From Octopus bimaculoides (lineage: Eukaryota): DNA of 64,000 bases. The stretch covers positions 122,774,921 to 122,838,920 of the forward strand of contig NC_068984.1 in NCBI RefSeq assembly GCF_001194135.2. Direction: 5' to 3'. Positions 26,148 to 38,925 of this stretch are shown one piece after another (positions within the stretch are counted from its first letter, which is position 1; every line of letters begins with the position of its first letter). The translations under genes and the position numbers were made by a program. The notes below the pieces were generated by a model that was given only the letters and a program-made list of their open reading frames with translations, was not told the DNA's origin and did not search any database.

Positions 26148-29100
26148 CACAAACTTATGCATATGAAGTGTATTATATCTCATTATCTGTCTATCCAGCT
26201 CTGTGCAAAAATGCATGCACACACGCATGCATGCATGCACCATATTGCTATCTCTGGCACTATCACACTGCTCCAACCATGTTTATAACCTAATGGATGT
26301 GTGTCCCACCGTCATCAACACCCTCCTACTATCCCCACTGCTCACCCTTCCACTTCTCTGATCCTTTGCTATCCCACTCTTCCTACACCTCTATCCTCCC
26401 TATTCCTCCTTCCATTATAATCCATTCATATACCAACTCGTACTGCCACTCCCCAACTTTCTTTCGCTAATGGCTGAATATTCTGACTCAGCTCTCTGTA
26501 CCTTGTGTGTGTGTGTGTGTGTGTTGCAATCTTATGCTCTGTGCATGTGATGCAGTCTTGTGTGTGCAGTCTGTGTGTGCATGTGGGTACTGAGCCATGC
26601 TGTGCGATACAGGCATCTGAAAGGTCTCTGCTGTACAGTTCCTCTAGTAGACATTCCAGCAGTTGCATGTTACTTTCAGCAGTTGCACCACCACCACCAC
26701 CACCATCATTTTCACCAGTGCCACCTCCACCATCACAAACATCACCAACACTTTTACCCATCTGTAGACCCATATTCTCTTCATATTCCTTTTCCTCTCT
26801 TTCTTCGGCACATGCCAACCATCCTCCTCCCCTCTTTGTGTGCTATTCCAGATTTAATCTATTATCCTACCACTCTAGTCCCCTCTCTGCCTTTTCCCCT
26901 AATTAGGAGTTCGTTAGGGCCAACACATATAAGGTAGGCAATGGGAGTTAGAGTAGAGTGCTGCTGCTGATTGCTGGGGGTTTGCGGAGGCTAGATGTTA
27001 TAGAGAGGTGGGTTACCTAGGGTTGTTAGCAACAAGGTGGTGTTACTGTTGTTGTTGCTGTTGTTGTTGTTGTTGTTGGAAGTAGTTTGTTAGCAACAAG
27101 GTGGTGTTGTATTTATTGCTAATATCACAAATGTCACTAAGAGGGCAAGCTGGCAGAATCGTTAGCACACCAGGCGAAACGCTTAGAGGCATTTCATCCA
27201 TCTTCATGTTCTCAGTTCAAATTCTGTCAAGGTCAACTTTGCCTTTTCATCCTTTCAGGATCAATAAAATAAATACCAGTTAAACACTGGGGTCAATGTA
27301 ATCAACTTACCCCCCCCCCCNNNNNNNNNNNNNNNNNNNNNNNNNNNNGTCCCACAAAATTGCTGGCCCTGTGCCAGAATTTGAAATCAATGTTACTATT
27401 GCCACTGATATTGTTGCTGATGATGATGGTGAAGTGAAGTGATATCATAGCAAGTTAGCAACAGGATGGTGCTGCAGTTTTTGCTAATACTATAAGTGTA
27501 ATTGTTGCTGTTGCTGACGGTGATGATATTGTAGCAACCAAATGATGCAGCAGTTTGTTGCAAATGTTTGTTGCTGTTGCTATTGCTGATAGTCAATAAC
27601 AAGGTGTTGCTACAGTTTGTTGCAATACAAAAACTTTAGCAGTCAAAGTTGTTAATCTGCTTGGTATTATATTTTGTATACATCTCTACTAATGTGACCT
27701 TCACTACTACAACTACTACTGCTACTATTACGACTTCTACAAAAGCCCTTCGTGTGACCTCTACAAATAATACTACCATTACTATGACCTTTCATGACTA
27801 TGACCACCACTACTATGACTGCCACAACCACCTCAACTATTATGACCTCCAGTCATTCATGCCATCTACTGTCACCACCACCACCACCATTTAGTCCTGT
27901 TGTCAGAGGGAGATCTATTAAATCTTTTGCCTATACATGTGTGCGTCTGTATGTGTTTCAGTGTGGATATATGTAGAAGCGAGTGCTTGTATACACTATT
28001 GGACAGGTGTGTATACTCACACACACACACACACACACATACCAGATTTGTTACACGTTAAACTGTAGATAGTATTAATTTGCAATAAAAGACATTCTTG
28101 ATTAAACGTCAGTCCCTCTTACCCTGACAGGAAACTATTTTCTGTGAACAGTGTGTATATCTGTGTGTGTGCGTGTATGTGTGTGTGTGTGTCTAATCTG
28201 TATCTGAAATATTATTGTTGCTATCCTTACACTCAATCTCATCATGTTTGTTCAGTGGCTTAATTGAAAACTTTCTGATGGAGAATGTGTATGNNNNNNN
28301 NNNTTGCGCTGTGTTTCTAACTGAACAATTTGGTGTGAGCCAGGACAATGTATATAATCTCTTTGTGGCAGTAACTTTTTCTTCATTTCGGCAGGCAAAC
28401 CACTGGCAGAAACTTTTGTGCTTTTGTCAGTGCTAAATAGACCATGGTATAGATCTTGGTTTGGGGTTAGGGGCTAGCTTTTTTTTTTCTTTCATTATTA
28501 GTATTAGCATTACTGAAAAGCTATACCTCCTTAGATTAAGATTCTTTTTGGATCACATACTGAAAAATAACTCCTAGCAAAAATCAATTAGCTAGGGGTC
28601 TCGTGTGTGTATTAACATACCTCGGAGCTAATTACGACTAAAGAAGGGTTAAGGTATTGGTGCCAGGAATTTGGCTCAAATAAATCCAAAGACCTAGTCT
28701 TTAGTGGTTTGATGGAGCTGATGATAATATTACCAGATAGTTGACAGTATTTTCTCTATCCTCCCTCCTCTCTCTTTCTTTACACACACACACACACATA
28801 TATACATACATACATACACTATATAGGACAGGTGTGGTTGTGTGATTAAGAAGTTTTCACACCAGCTACATGGTTTCATGTTCAGTCCCTTGGGTAAGTG
28901 TCTTATACTCTAACCTTGGGTCAACCAAAAACCTTATGGATTTGGCAGATGGAAACTGAATGAAGCCTGTCATGTGTATATGTATGAATATGTATATTTG
29001 TGTCTCCTTGTCTTGACATTGCATGATAGTTGTAAATAAGTGTCACTGTCGTGCAAGCAGTGTCACTCATTTCCAATATTCCACAAAAACATGTCTGGTC

Positions 29101-29505
29101 ATTGGGAAATATGTTTGGAAAACCGGTAAAGGTTTGTAATAGGAGGGGTATTCAACTCTAGAAGATCTGCTTTGATAAACTGTTTCAACCCAGGACAAGT
29201 AGACATTAAAATTATGAGGATGGTGATGATGATGATATATAATAACCTACCATCATCAGCTGTTAATTATCACAACTCTAATGTTTCAAGAATATTGGTT
29301 TGCTTGTATTTTGATGAAGAGAGATGGAAGCTTGAGATTTAACAGCAAATGGAATTCTAATTCAGAACATAGCCATCACACTTAATGTGATGGCTCTGTA
29401 TACTTCTCATGTATCTCTCTAAACACATTTGCCATACAAATCTGCTTCTTCTTGTGAATTAATTACTTAATTAGAAGCAATAATATATAATTTTTTAAAT
29501 TTTTA

Positions 29506-29714
29506 TTGCAGCGTGGAAGGTGTTTATAAGCCATTTAAAATAACACGCAAAAGCCGTCAGATTCATTTCAACATTTAAATTTAATTTGTCAGTGAACAGG
29601 TCGTGGTCTCAAAACGACGAAAATATTTTGACAAATTAAATTTAAATGTTGAAATGAATCTGACGGCTTTTGTGTGTTATTTTAAATGGCTTATAAACAC
29701 CTTCTTTGCTGCAA
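29506..29714. repeat. Near-perfect inverted repeat (86-bp arms, 37-nt loop)
   Basis: Arms 29506-29591 and 29629-29714 are reverse complements at 82 of 86 positions (hand aligned). Confidence 0.95.
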
Positions 29715-31190
29715 TTGTTTTCGTTCCAGCACACGATCTCAGATCAGGTCACTTGCTATGCAAGTACATTTCCGTAATTTATTTTTATTTTTTTACTGTT
29801 TTTTTTAATCTTTTAATTAAGTGGGTAAGGCATTACTCATAACCCTTTAGAGGGCCTCTCAGACTTATAGGATGGCAAAAGGTATCCCCAAACCATAGCC
29901 ATGGCTAGCAAAGTGAACACCACTAAAGGCACCCAAGGAGCAGGTGGTGATATTAAACAGGGGTGATGGATTTAGTCTATCATCCAGGTATGTCATGGAT
30001 GGATTTAACCTTTTAGCATTTAGATTATTCAGTCAAATGTAATGTTTATTTAATCACATAGTTTTGAATTAATCGGACATTACCTGGTAACTTTGGGATT
30101 TCAATGGTGTGATTGTTTATTTTTAGCTGACATCATAAGATCAGTGTGAGAGGCTGGAATATTTCGACCAGATGTGACCAGTTTAAATGCTCAAAACACA
30201 GTCAGAACAAATATTGCAAAGCGTCTCCTCTGAAGCATAAATGTACACCTTTTAATTTCTTGAGAAATCTCTTCCCCTCATCAGCATGAAATGTGAAATT
30301 TCTGTAGCCAAACATTTGTTTTATTGTGTTCCAAACAGCTTCTGATGGATAAAACTCTTTTTGTTATCAGTAAGAAATGATGAGGGAATGCTCTGAATCG
30401 ACCAGGCTTACATCTGCTGGATTCAAGCTAATGAGCAAGTCTCTACGTAGCTGTTTGTCCTGCTAGAAATAACAACCTGATGACATCCTACTATCTTAGA
30501 AAAAGAAGAAAAAATAAGAAGGGTACATTAGTTAATGTTATATTGTATAAATAAAGGCTGAGATGGTCACAGAGTGAATGCTTTTGATCATAAGATTTTT
30601 AGGTCAAGACTGAGCAATATCACCAGCATCTACTGTTGAACAAGTTCTGTTGTTAATGTACAGTGTCAAGGGAAAGTTTGGATCCTTTCCAGACATATGC
30701 AATGTCAACATAGCAATGTTTGTTACCAAACATGCCATGAGAACATGTAACTATGTGGGAGTTCACAGAAGGTGAAGTGGAGGCTACAATTCTGATATTG
30801 CAGGACCAAGATAATAAAAGATGATTAACTGAGAGTCAAAGAGTGGTTGTCCAGTACCAGAATTTGAGTGAAAGAGTGAGTGAGAAGTTGTGATGTTCAT
30901 TCTGTCTTCTCCAAGTATATTGGCAAAAGTTCTGGTCAATGAAATTTAAACTGAATAGTTAATCACTGTGTTGCCATGAGCTGAGCAGGACAAAAAATCC
31001 TGCCAAGATTTCAACAGTTGGGTATGCATCACAAAAAAAAAATCCCTTCCCCTGCACAATTGTGTATCGGAGAATTCAACTGTGCCAAACAGCTGAACAT
31101 GTCTAACAGAAGACCTCTGCCACTGTGTGTTATACAGCTGGGCATGCCAACCTACTAAGAAAAAAAAAATGAAATTAAGCATAGAATAAA

Positions 31191-31522
31191 GACACCCTGG
31201 CTCAGTGGCTAGAATGTCAGACTCACAATCATGAGGTAGTGAGTTCAATTCCCGGACCGGGCTTGTGTTGTGTTCTTCAATGAGGCACTTTATTTAATGT
31301 TGCTCCAGTTCACTCAGCTGTAGAAATGGGTTGCAACGTCACTGGTGCCAAGCTGTAACGGCCTTTACTATTCCCTCGGATAACATCAGTGGCATGGAGA
31401 GGAGAGGCTGGTATGCATGGGCGATTACTAGTTTTCCACAAACAAGCTTGCTCGGACTTATGTGTCAGAGGGGAACTTTCTAGGTGCAATCCCATCGTGA
31501 TTTGTGACCAAAGTGTGTCTTT
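31191..31522 (+). mobile_element. SINE family D (tRNA-derived head with clear Pol III A and B boxes)
   Basis: A box TGGCTCAGTGG and B box GAGTTCAATTCC, followed by a ~270-nt body that aligns along its full length with 63666-63995. A related head is at ~2263-2400. Confidence 0.85.
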
Positions 31523-31808
31523 ACCCTTTATAGGTTTAACATAATTGCTGAACCTGCTAGAAACAGTAGTCAAATCTCCTTCAAATCATATTACTGTCTT
31601 AAAGACAGAACACATTAGACAATGTAAACCAGTATGTACAATGTCAGCAAAAACAACGGAATGATCATGGCTTAAACAAACAAAAAAAAAAGCTCTTTAA
31701 CTACACTTGAGCAATAATAAAAAGGAACCCTTTCTCCCTTTACTTAGAGATTTCTCCCAGATATCTCTCATCCCCATCCATTATTGTACCCTAACTTTAT
31801 TAGTCTTT

Positions 31809-31843
<35 letters not shown>

Positions 31844-32783
31844 CTCACTTTTCCTCTCTCCTTCTCCTCCTATGCCTTCCCACCCACCTTACTCTTCAAT
31901 GCATACATTACTTTCATTTAAACATACCATGGATGCTACTGATGTTGACATTTCCCCACAAAACTTCCTTTCCACTTCCCCCTTCTCTATGACAACTACC
32001 ACCCTCTCCATATGGTAGGAATGACGGTGGGGAGGGGTACATATGTGAGAAGGGTAGTTAGGTTCATTCACTGAACCAATCCTCCCCCTCTCTCTAATTC
32101 TCTTTTTCTTTTCTCTTTCTCTCTCTCTCTCTCCCTTCCACCCTCTTCAATTGACAGAACAGAACTACTGAAGGAACCCTTCTTTCATCCTCTGTTGATA
32201 TTGACAAGCAAATCAATGACATACCAGTTTCATGTTGTCAGTCACTGTGAAGTCACTTGCAACCATTCATCATCATCCTCACCACCACCACCCTCTGTCT
32301 CCCCCCCCCCAATCAAATCCACTATCCTGACTGCCTGCCTGTTGTATCAGTCAACCAGAACTGCTGCAGTAGGTGTGACAGCAAGGAGTCAGATGTGGCG
32401 ATGGAATTATTGGGTCTCCTCTTCCTTGTAGTAATGAAGGGGCTTCCTGTCAGATGATGGCTAATGGACCGGCAATGCTAGCAGCAACACCTGCAACATG
32501 TTGAAATTTGTGGTAACTTAACCATCATTTTCTCTGCTTTTCTACCTGGAGTAACTCCTTGGGTGAAGATGGTATTAGCGAGGGTGGCTTATAATGAAGA
32601 CGGCTTGGGTTTTCATTTAACTTACTATATTTCAGTTTGATTTCTCTTCATTGAAATAATTTCATTGCTTCAGGATTTCATCATATATATATATATATAC
32701 ATACATACATACATACATACATACATACATACATACATACATACATACATACATACATACATACATACATACATCTATCTATC

Positions 32784-32826
<43 letters not shown>

Positions 32827-33283
32827 TCACATACATACACACATACACTCGCACACACACTCATATAATTTATAATTGGTTGAATCATCATGCCTTTTTT
32901 TTTTTTTAATATTTCCAGCAATGCGATTAACCAAAATAGATTTTAGCCACATATATGTATGCGTATATGTATGTGCACTTCAGTCCATCAACTATGGTCG
33001 TGCTGGAGCACCACTAGCTCCACTTTCAAGGGTTTTAGTCAGTTGTATCAACCGCTGTATATATCTATTTTATCGATCTATATTTATGGAATAGTTGAGT
33101 TATCTCTTTTGACACAAGGTGTGTGTGTGTGTGTGTGTATGTACATGTATATAATTGGCTTCTGCTCAGTCCCCATCTGTCATATTCCATTTGCAAGATG
33201 TTAGTCTATCTGTCCACCTACAACTATGGTAGAATCTTGTGAATGCAAAGTGGTCTTAAGTACACAGACAACGCCTGTATCCG

Positions 33284-33318
<35 letters not shown>

Positions 33319-33329
33319 GAGAATATACA

Positions 33330-33449
33330 AAAAATAACAACAGACGAGGACAGGTGGTGTAAATAACAAAAGTATATATTAGTATGACGCTCGGGAATAC
33401 GGAAAGTCTTTGACGTTTCGAGCTACGCTCTTCAACAGAAAGAATACGG
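33330..33449 (-). mobile_element. Possible Penelope-like element terminal fragment, truncated by an assembly gap
   Basis: Minus strand CTGTTGAAGAGCGTAGCTCGAAACGTC (33438->33412) has the NNGANGA-stem(GAGC/GCTC)-GAAAC layout of the hammerhead-like motif typical of PLE pseudo-LTRs. Abuts (TA)n on one side and Ns on the other. Confidence 0.4.
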
Positions 33450-33787
33450 NNNNNNNNNNNNNNNNNNNNNNNNNNNNNNNNNNNNNNNNNNNNNNNNNNN
33501 NNNNNNNNNNNNNNNNNNNNNNNNNNNNNNNNNNNNNNNNNNNNNNNNNNNNNNNNNNNNNNNNNNNNNNNNNNNNNNNNNNNNNNNNNNNNNNNNNNNN
33601 NNNNNNNNNNNNNNNNNNNNNNNNNNNNNNNNNNNNNNNNNNNNNNNNNNNNNNNNNNNNNNNNNNNNNNNATGCTACAGGAGTTTCAAGCTCTGATATA
33701 TAAATATATAGAGTGACAGTATGAGATTCAAATGTGTCCAAAATCTAAGTTATATTAGATATATTAATAAGCTCTCTGTCTTTCTCC

Positions 33788-33842
<55 letters not shown>

Positions 33843-34669
33843 GATTACTTTCATATGTAGTACTCAATACAAAATAAGATCAATGGGTCTTCAAGTACAG
33901 TTTGACTGCATCTGAGGATGACCAGGTATTGTAACAATCCTAGTGGAAAATATTGGATAATGTATGTACGTATGTATGTATACCAACTGTAAGTTCTGCA
34001 ATGCCAATTACTCATTTCATGTGATTAATTTTGATCTTCTGGGTGACTGACTCAGTCATGTTAAACAACATTTTGCAGTGAGTTAGTCAGATCCCCTTAT
34101 GTTGTGAGTTCAAATCTTGCTGAGGTCTACTTTGCCTTTCATCCATTCTGTATCAATGTTAATAAGTATCTCAACCATAATCCTCACCCTCAAAATATAT
34201 TTCTCCCCTAGCAAATTTGTGTCCATGTACATTTTAGGAATTCTTGCTTTGTGTGTGTGTGTGTGTGTGTGTGTATAATTATCATTTACCTAACATCTCC
34301 TTTCCATGCTTTCATGAGTCAAACAATCTGTTCAGGCAGATTTTCTACAACTAGATACTCTATATATGTGTGTATGTATGTATTAATAATTGTTTTTATG
34401 CATGTTCTATATGAAAACAAAAATTTAACATTAAATTGAATGATCATTCATATTTCTTAGTTGAGTACATATTATATTTTACAAGGAAAAGGTTGCATAT
34501 TGAGAACTCTTTTATTTTCCTTGTTCATACATATTTACTAAATATACACATGCATACACATATATATAACACATACATGGTGAATGTTTGTTTTATATTG
34601 TACTCTCTCTTCTAAATCCCATATTGTGTTGTAATGTAAAATCCTTGTTTTCCATATGGTACCTGTAGG

Positions 34670-35390
34670 GATAATTAAGAATAAATATATGGTAGAATAG
34701 TCAGAATGTTGGGCAAAATTGCTTGCAATATCTAGTTTCATTGCCTTGCATTACTGTGTTCAAATCCTATCTAGATTATTTTCACCTTTCATCCCATGGG
34801 AGGAGGCAAGATGAAAATTAGTATCAGTCAAGTACTGGGTATGATTTAGAGGTGGGAACCAGGACCCGTATGACTTTTGACTCTTATCTTCCCAAAGAAT
34901 TATAATCTTCTGCTTATATTCTAAGTTCAAATTCCACCAGGGTCGATTTGCCTTTCATCCTTTCAGGGTCAATAAGTACCAGTGGAACACTGGGGTTCAA
35001 TGATGTCAACATACCCCTTCCCCTAAGCATTTTGCCCATCTTTATATTCTGAGTTCAAATTTCACTGAGGTAGACTTTGCCTTTCATCTTTCTGGGCTTC
35101 CATTGGGCTTGCTGGCCTTGTTTCAAAATTTGAAGCCATTATTATTATTATTATTATTATTATTGAGCTGGCAGAATCATTTGCATACTAGACAAAATGC
35201 TTACCAGTAATTTGCCTGCTGCTACGTTAAGTTCAAATTCCACCAAGGTCAACTTTGCCTTTCATCCTTTTGGCATCAATAAAATAAATACCAGTTGAAC
35301 ACTGGGGTTAATGTAATCAATTCATTCCCTCCCCCAAAATTGCTGCCCTTATGGCAAAATTTATTATTATTATTATTATTATTATTACTA
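34670..35390 (+). mobile_element. Head-to-tail cluster of 4-5 partial SINE-A copies just upstream of the 35475 exon
   Basis: Repeated gagttcaaat...gcctttcatcc...aataagtaccag...ctgggg motifs at ~34760, 34925, 35050 and 35230, separated by (ATT)n tracts at 35140-35164 and 35362-35388. Confidence 0.8.
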
Positions 35391-35474
35391 CATTCACTAT
35401 AATTAATAAAAGTTTTTACTGTTGTGATTCAAACCAAACGTTGTTTCATCTTATATTTTATTCTTCTCTTGCAG

Positions 35475-35576
35475 AGTGACGGCAACTCAAGCTTTTTGCG
35501 GGCAGCGCGGGATGGGAATTTGTCAGAAGTGTTGGAATACCTGAAAGGTAGCACCGATATCAATACCAGTAATTCA
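35475..35576 (+). CDS. ANK2: Ankyrin (ANK1/2/3, unc-44-type) coding exon, first ANK repeat region, 102 nt, phase 0/0
   Basis: Pyrimidine tract ttcttctcttgcAG (AG 35473-74), then [34 protein letters not shown], then GTAAGT at 35577. This closely matches the N-terminal ankyrin motif SDxNxSFLRAARxGNxxxVxEYLKGxxDINT. The symbol is nominal: invertebrate ankyrin is co-orthologous to ANK1/2/3. Confidence 0.96.
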
Positions 35577-36829
35577 GTAAGTACTTTCATTATTTTCTAA
35601 TCACTTCGTAGCTTCTCTGTCTCAATCAGCTGATACTTCACTTCTGACTAATACTATAGTAGCACTTGCTATGCTGTACTGCCAGCTGTTCCAACTGCAA
35701 TAGCTGCTGAGGCTGCAACTACTCTCCGCTAGTTGCACCTAGATGGTGCAGCAATAATGGTACTGTTGCCTGTTGCAGCTGTAAAACTAGCTGATAGTGT
35801 ATCTATGTGTGTGTGTGTGTGTGTATATGTATGTATGTATGTATATATATCTTGTACACATAGTGGGTGCAGATGTATATTAATGATTGAACAGACATGG
35901 TTAGTCACATTCAAGTAGTGCCCATTTGTCTTGTTTACCTTGGACTACATTGTTTAAGACTAGCTTATGGATTAAGAGACATTTAGCTGCTATTTCTAGC
36001 AAGTCCGTTGACCATGCAGATGTTCTCTCATTGGTTCATGTATTAATGCTCATGTATATAGATGGATGTAGTATAGTTATTACTTCCATCTCTTCTTGAG
36101 ATTTTACAACTAGCTACTTTGCTTTTATATGTATGTATGTATGTATATGTATATGTATATATATATATACACGCACACACATTTTCAAAATACATCTCAA
36201 TAGTAAAAAATTGACTGTGTTTCTCTGTCCTGTAGTCAATAACAACAACTACATAGACACACCCACATATACATACAAGTGCATGTTATGTTCCAGCAAC
36301 TTCAACCAGCATTGCTTAATAAATAAATCTATTCACAACCTGCATTTACTCTGAAATTGTTTTGCAGTGGACTAGACAGGAAGTATATTAGATTTACCAC
36401 CCAGAACTATTCATCAAAATGCAAATTAGGTTCTTGCTGGTGTCATTGTGCTATGCAGATCAGCATGACATCTGACTCTCTGCTTATTCCAGTTTTACCT
36501 GATTGAGTCTTTTTTTTTTTTTTTTTTTTTTTTTTTTGTCTTACCTTGCAGTTGAGTGGTTGAAGGATACATGGCTTTAAAAACAATTCTTTCTAGACAA
36601 AAGAAATATTTTTTTAATGTGTTAAAAAGTTAATTTATTGTTTGAAGAAATATAATGTTAATTGAAAACATTTTTTTTTTTGTGTGTGTAGTTTTTCTCC
36701 GGCTTACCTTATATGTTCATGCTTTCTGATTCCTCTTGGATTAACTGTATTACTAACATAGATTTAGAGAGAAAAGTTTAATACCTGTGAATCTTAAAGT
36801 TTGATGTTTGACATTGTATTTTGTTGTTG

Positions 36830-37040
36830 CTTGACCTCAGGCCAACCCTGATTGAGCAGACTTACCAAGTGATCCAACACTGAACAACCTATTCTTTTTC
36901 TTTCCCCCCACTTACAATGTATCTAGGACTACATTATCTAATGTGTTCTTCCATTTTTAAAAAAAAAAGCAGGATGTCATTTGAGTAAGGCTTGGCTACT
37001 TCTAATTCTAACAGGTCAAGAGACCCCGTAGGGGCTCCTT
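36830..37040 (+). repeat. Abundant unclassified dispersed repeat (family E), representative copy
   Basis: Shared motif caggtcarccctgatyragcagac...ccagctgtgacc...tgtatctaggactacatt...tttaagayrgtaggrtrtgatttgagrgagatttggctgctatttctagcagg. Copies at ~595-735, 14810-15000, 20540-20830 (x2), 35920-36035, 42770-42945, 46000-46170, 50070-50265 (+) and ~3385-3540, 4780-5000, 12395-12545, 31550-31630, 54290-54390 (-). Confidence 0.7.
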
Positions 37041-38625
37041 TGTTTGCTTTTCATTATGCTTTGTTGTTAGACATTGCAAAACTAAAATAAGAAATGAAAA
37101 TCCTAGACTTCAAAGAACCCATTCATGTTCTGCTTGAAATGTTGGAGCTCCCTTTCATAGAACACGCACGTATTTTATGAGCTAAAGCTCGACAGACACT
37201 TACTCTTCTTCAGTTCAAAAGAAATATATTTAGATATCAGATTTCCTAGAAATGTTTTTGATATATTCATTTCCCATGAGGAGTGAAGAATCTAAAACAC
37301 TTAGGGGCTTCTGTTAAGAGAGAAAGTGTTGTCATTTTTGGTTGCAAAGTAGTTACTAGCTTCCTTGAGTTCCAGATTTTGCCATATATTTAGTTAATAT
37401 CAGAATCTGAAGAATGGCAAGTAGAGTGGAGATAATGAGGATTCTAATGAGTTGATCACATAACAGACATGTAATTTTTAGGGGTGTTTTCTCCCTATCA
37501 TTCCCCTTTGTTCATCCTCCCTGCCCTCGATTGACAATATTGCTTTATTGCTGTTGTTGTTCAGTCTCTATTCACCCCACCAATCATGAGAACATGTATC
37601 CTGACTTATTAATTACCATATATGACTTATTACATTATTTAACATACCCATTCCATATTTAAAATAGTAGGGTGTTATTTGGAGAAAATTTTGCTACCAC
37701 ATAAATGCTTTTTATTGTCTCCTTGGAGAGGGCATGATCTTTTCAGTTTCCCTTATATTTAGAATTTTTTTATCTCAGCATATATCAAAACAGGAGATTG
37801 GAAAAAAATGTTATTATTTATTACTATTACACATATTTCATTTGCTAATAAGAGTTATAAAATTATACATGTAGAAGACTCAGCTATGGGTGGTGATGCT
37901 GCTGTTATTCCCCCTATCAACCGGTCATCCACTGGCTTTGTGCCTTCAAATGATGTGGTATGAAATTACCCTTACTTGAAAAACAAGGAAGGGTTAGAGA
38001 CAAGAAGGGTATCCAACTGTAAAACAAACACCTCAATAATATGTTTATCTTACGCATGCTGGCATGGAAAAATGGATGTAAAAACAAATAGATAATCCTA
38101 TATTAGAATCTAAGCCATGATAAGTTTGTAGTCATGTGAGTCAGTTATGATGATGGTTTGAATGGTATGTCGAGGAGCTGTTTCTCTTATATACTGGAAT
38201 TCCATTGCAAAGTTTGAAAAGCTCCTGGCTTCTGGTGAACATAGTAGAGTTACTTGCACAGTAGTTGTATAATAGTGCAATGGTATGGTAGATATAGTGT
38301 GTGATGATGATTATATAATAGTGGATCAAAAAATTTGTAGAGTCATCACAGTTGTTAGATAGAATACCTCACAGTGTTTGTTCTGATTCCCTACATTCTG
38401 AGTTCAGATTCCATCATGGTTATGTTTGCATTTCATCTTTTCAGAGAGGTGGTGGTGGAGGGAGGTCAATAAAAAGAAATACCACTCCTGAGCAGGGATT
38501 TGGTGGAAGTTTTAAGAATGTCAGACCAAATGTCTTGCAGTATTTGGTTCTGTTCTTTGCCTCCTGAGTTCAAATCCTGCCATGGGTCTACATGGGACAT
38601 TGACTTGATCTGTTGCCCTCTGGCA

Positions 38626-38925
38626 CAGTGATTCTCAACAATTTTTTTTTTTTACCCATAGACCACTTTGATCCTTATTTTTCCTCTACTGCCCCCCCCC
38701 CACCACCACCACCACCACCACCACCAATTGCTATTTAAAGTTTTGAAAAAACCCTCTTTTATTTCTTATAATGAAATATTATTAGGAATTGTATAAAAGA
38801 AGATTGTCAGAATTGTTAAAATATTTTGTGTAGTGTAGAAGTTTAGCCAATTTCTTGTACATGAGATTTTAACAAGATCTTATATGGACTGCCAAGGGTC
38901 ATATGGACCTGGTTGAGAACCACTG
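38626..38925. mobile_element. hAT (Charlie-like) MITE, 300 bp
   Basis: TIRs CAGTGATTCTCAAC / GTTGAGAACCACTG (13/14 complementary). 8-bp flanks ctctggca and gtctagca (6/8 identical), consistent with a decayed 8-bp hAT TSD. Confidence 0.7.

Noticed and set aside
26505-26937. Poly-His / poly-Pro ORFs
   Set aside because: Products of (CAC)n and pyrimidine tracts, open in multiple frames, with no recognisable homology.
31191-31265. tRNA gene (also 63666-63740 and 2263-2330)
   Set aside because: A and B boxes are present, but there is no complete cloverleaf or acceptor stem and the sequence continues into a shared SINE body. These are tRNA-derived SINE heads.
10399-33741. Long ORFs spanning N runs (10399-10921, 21389-22047, 33379-33741)
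   Set aside because: Artefacts of translating assembly gaps as X.
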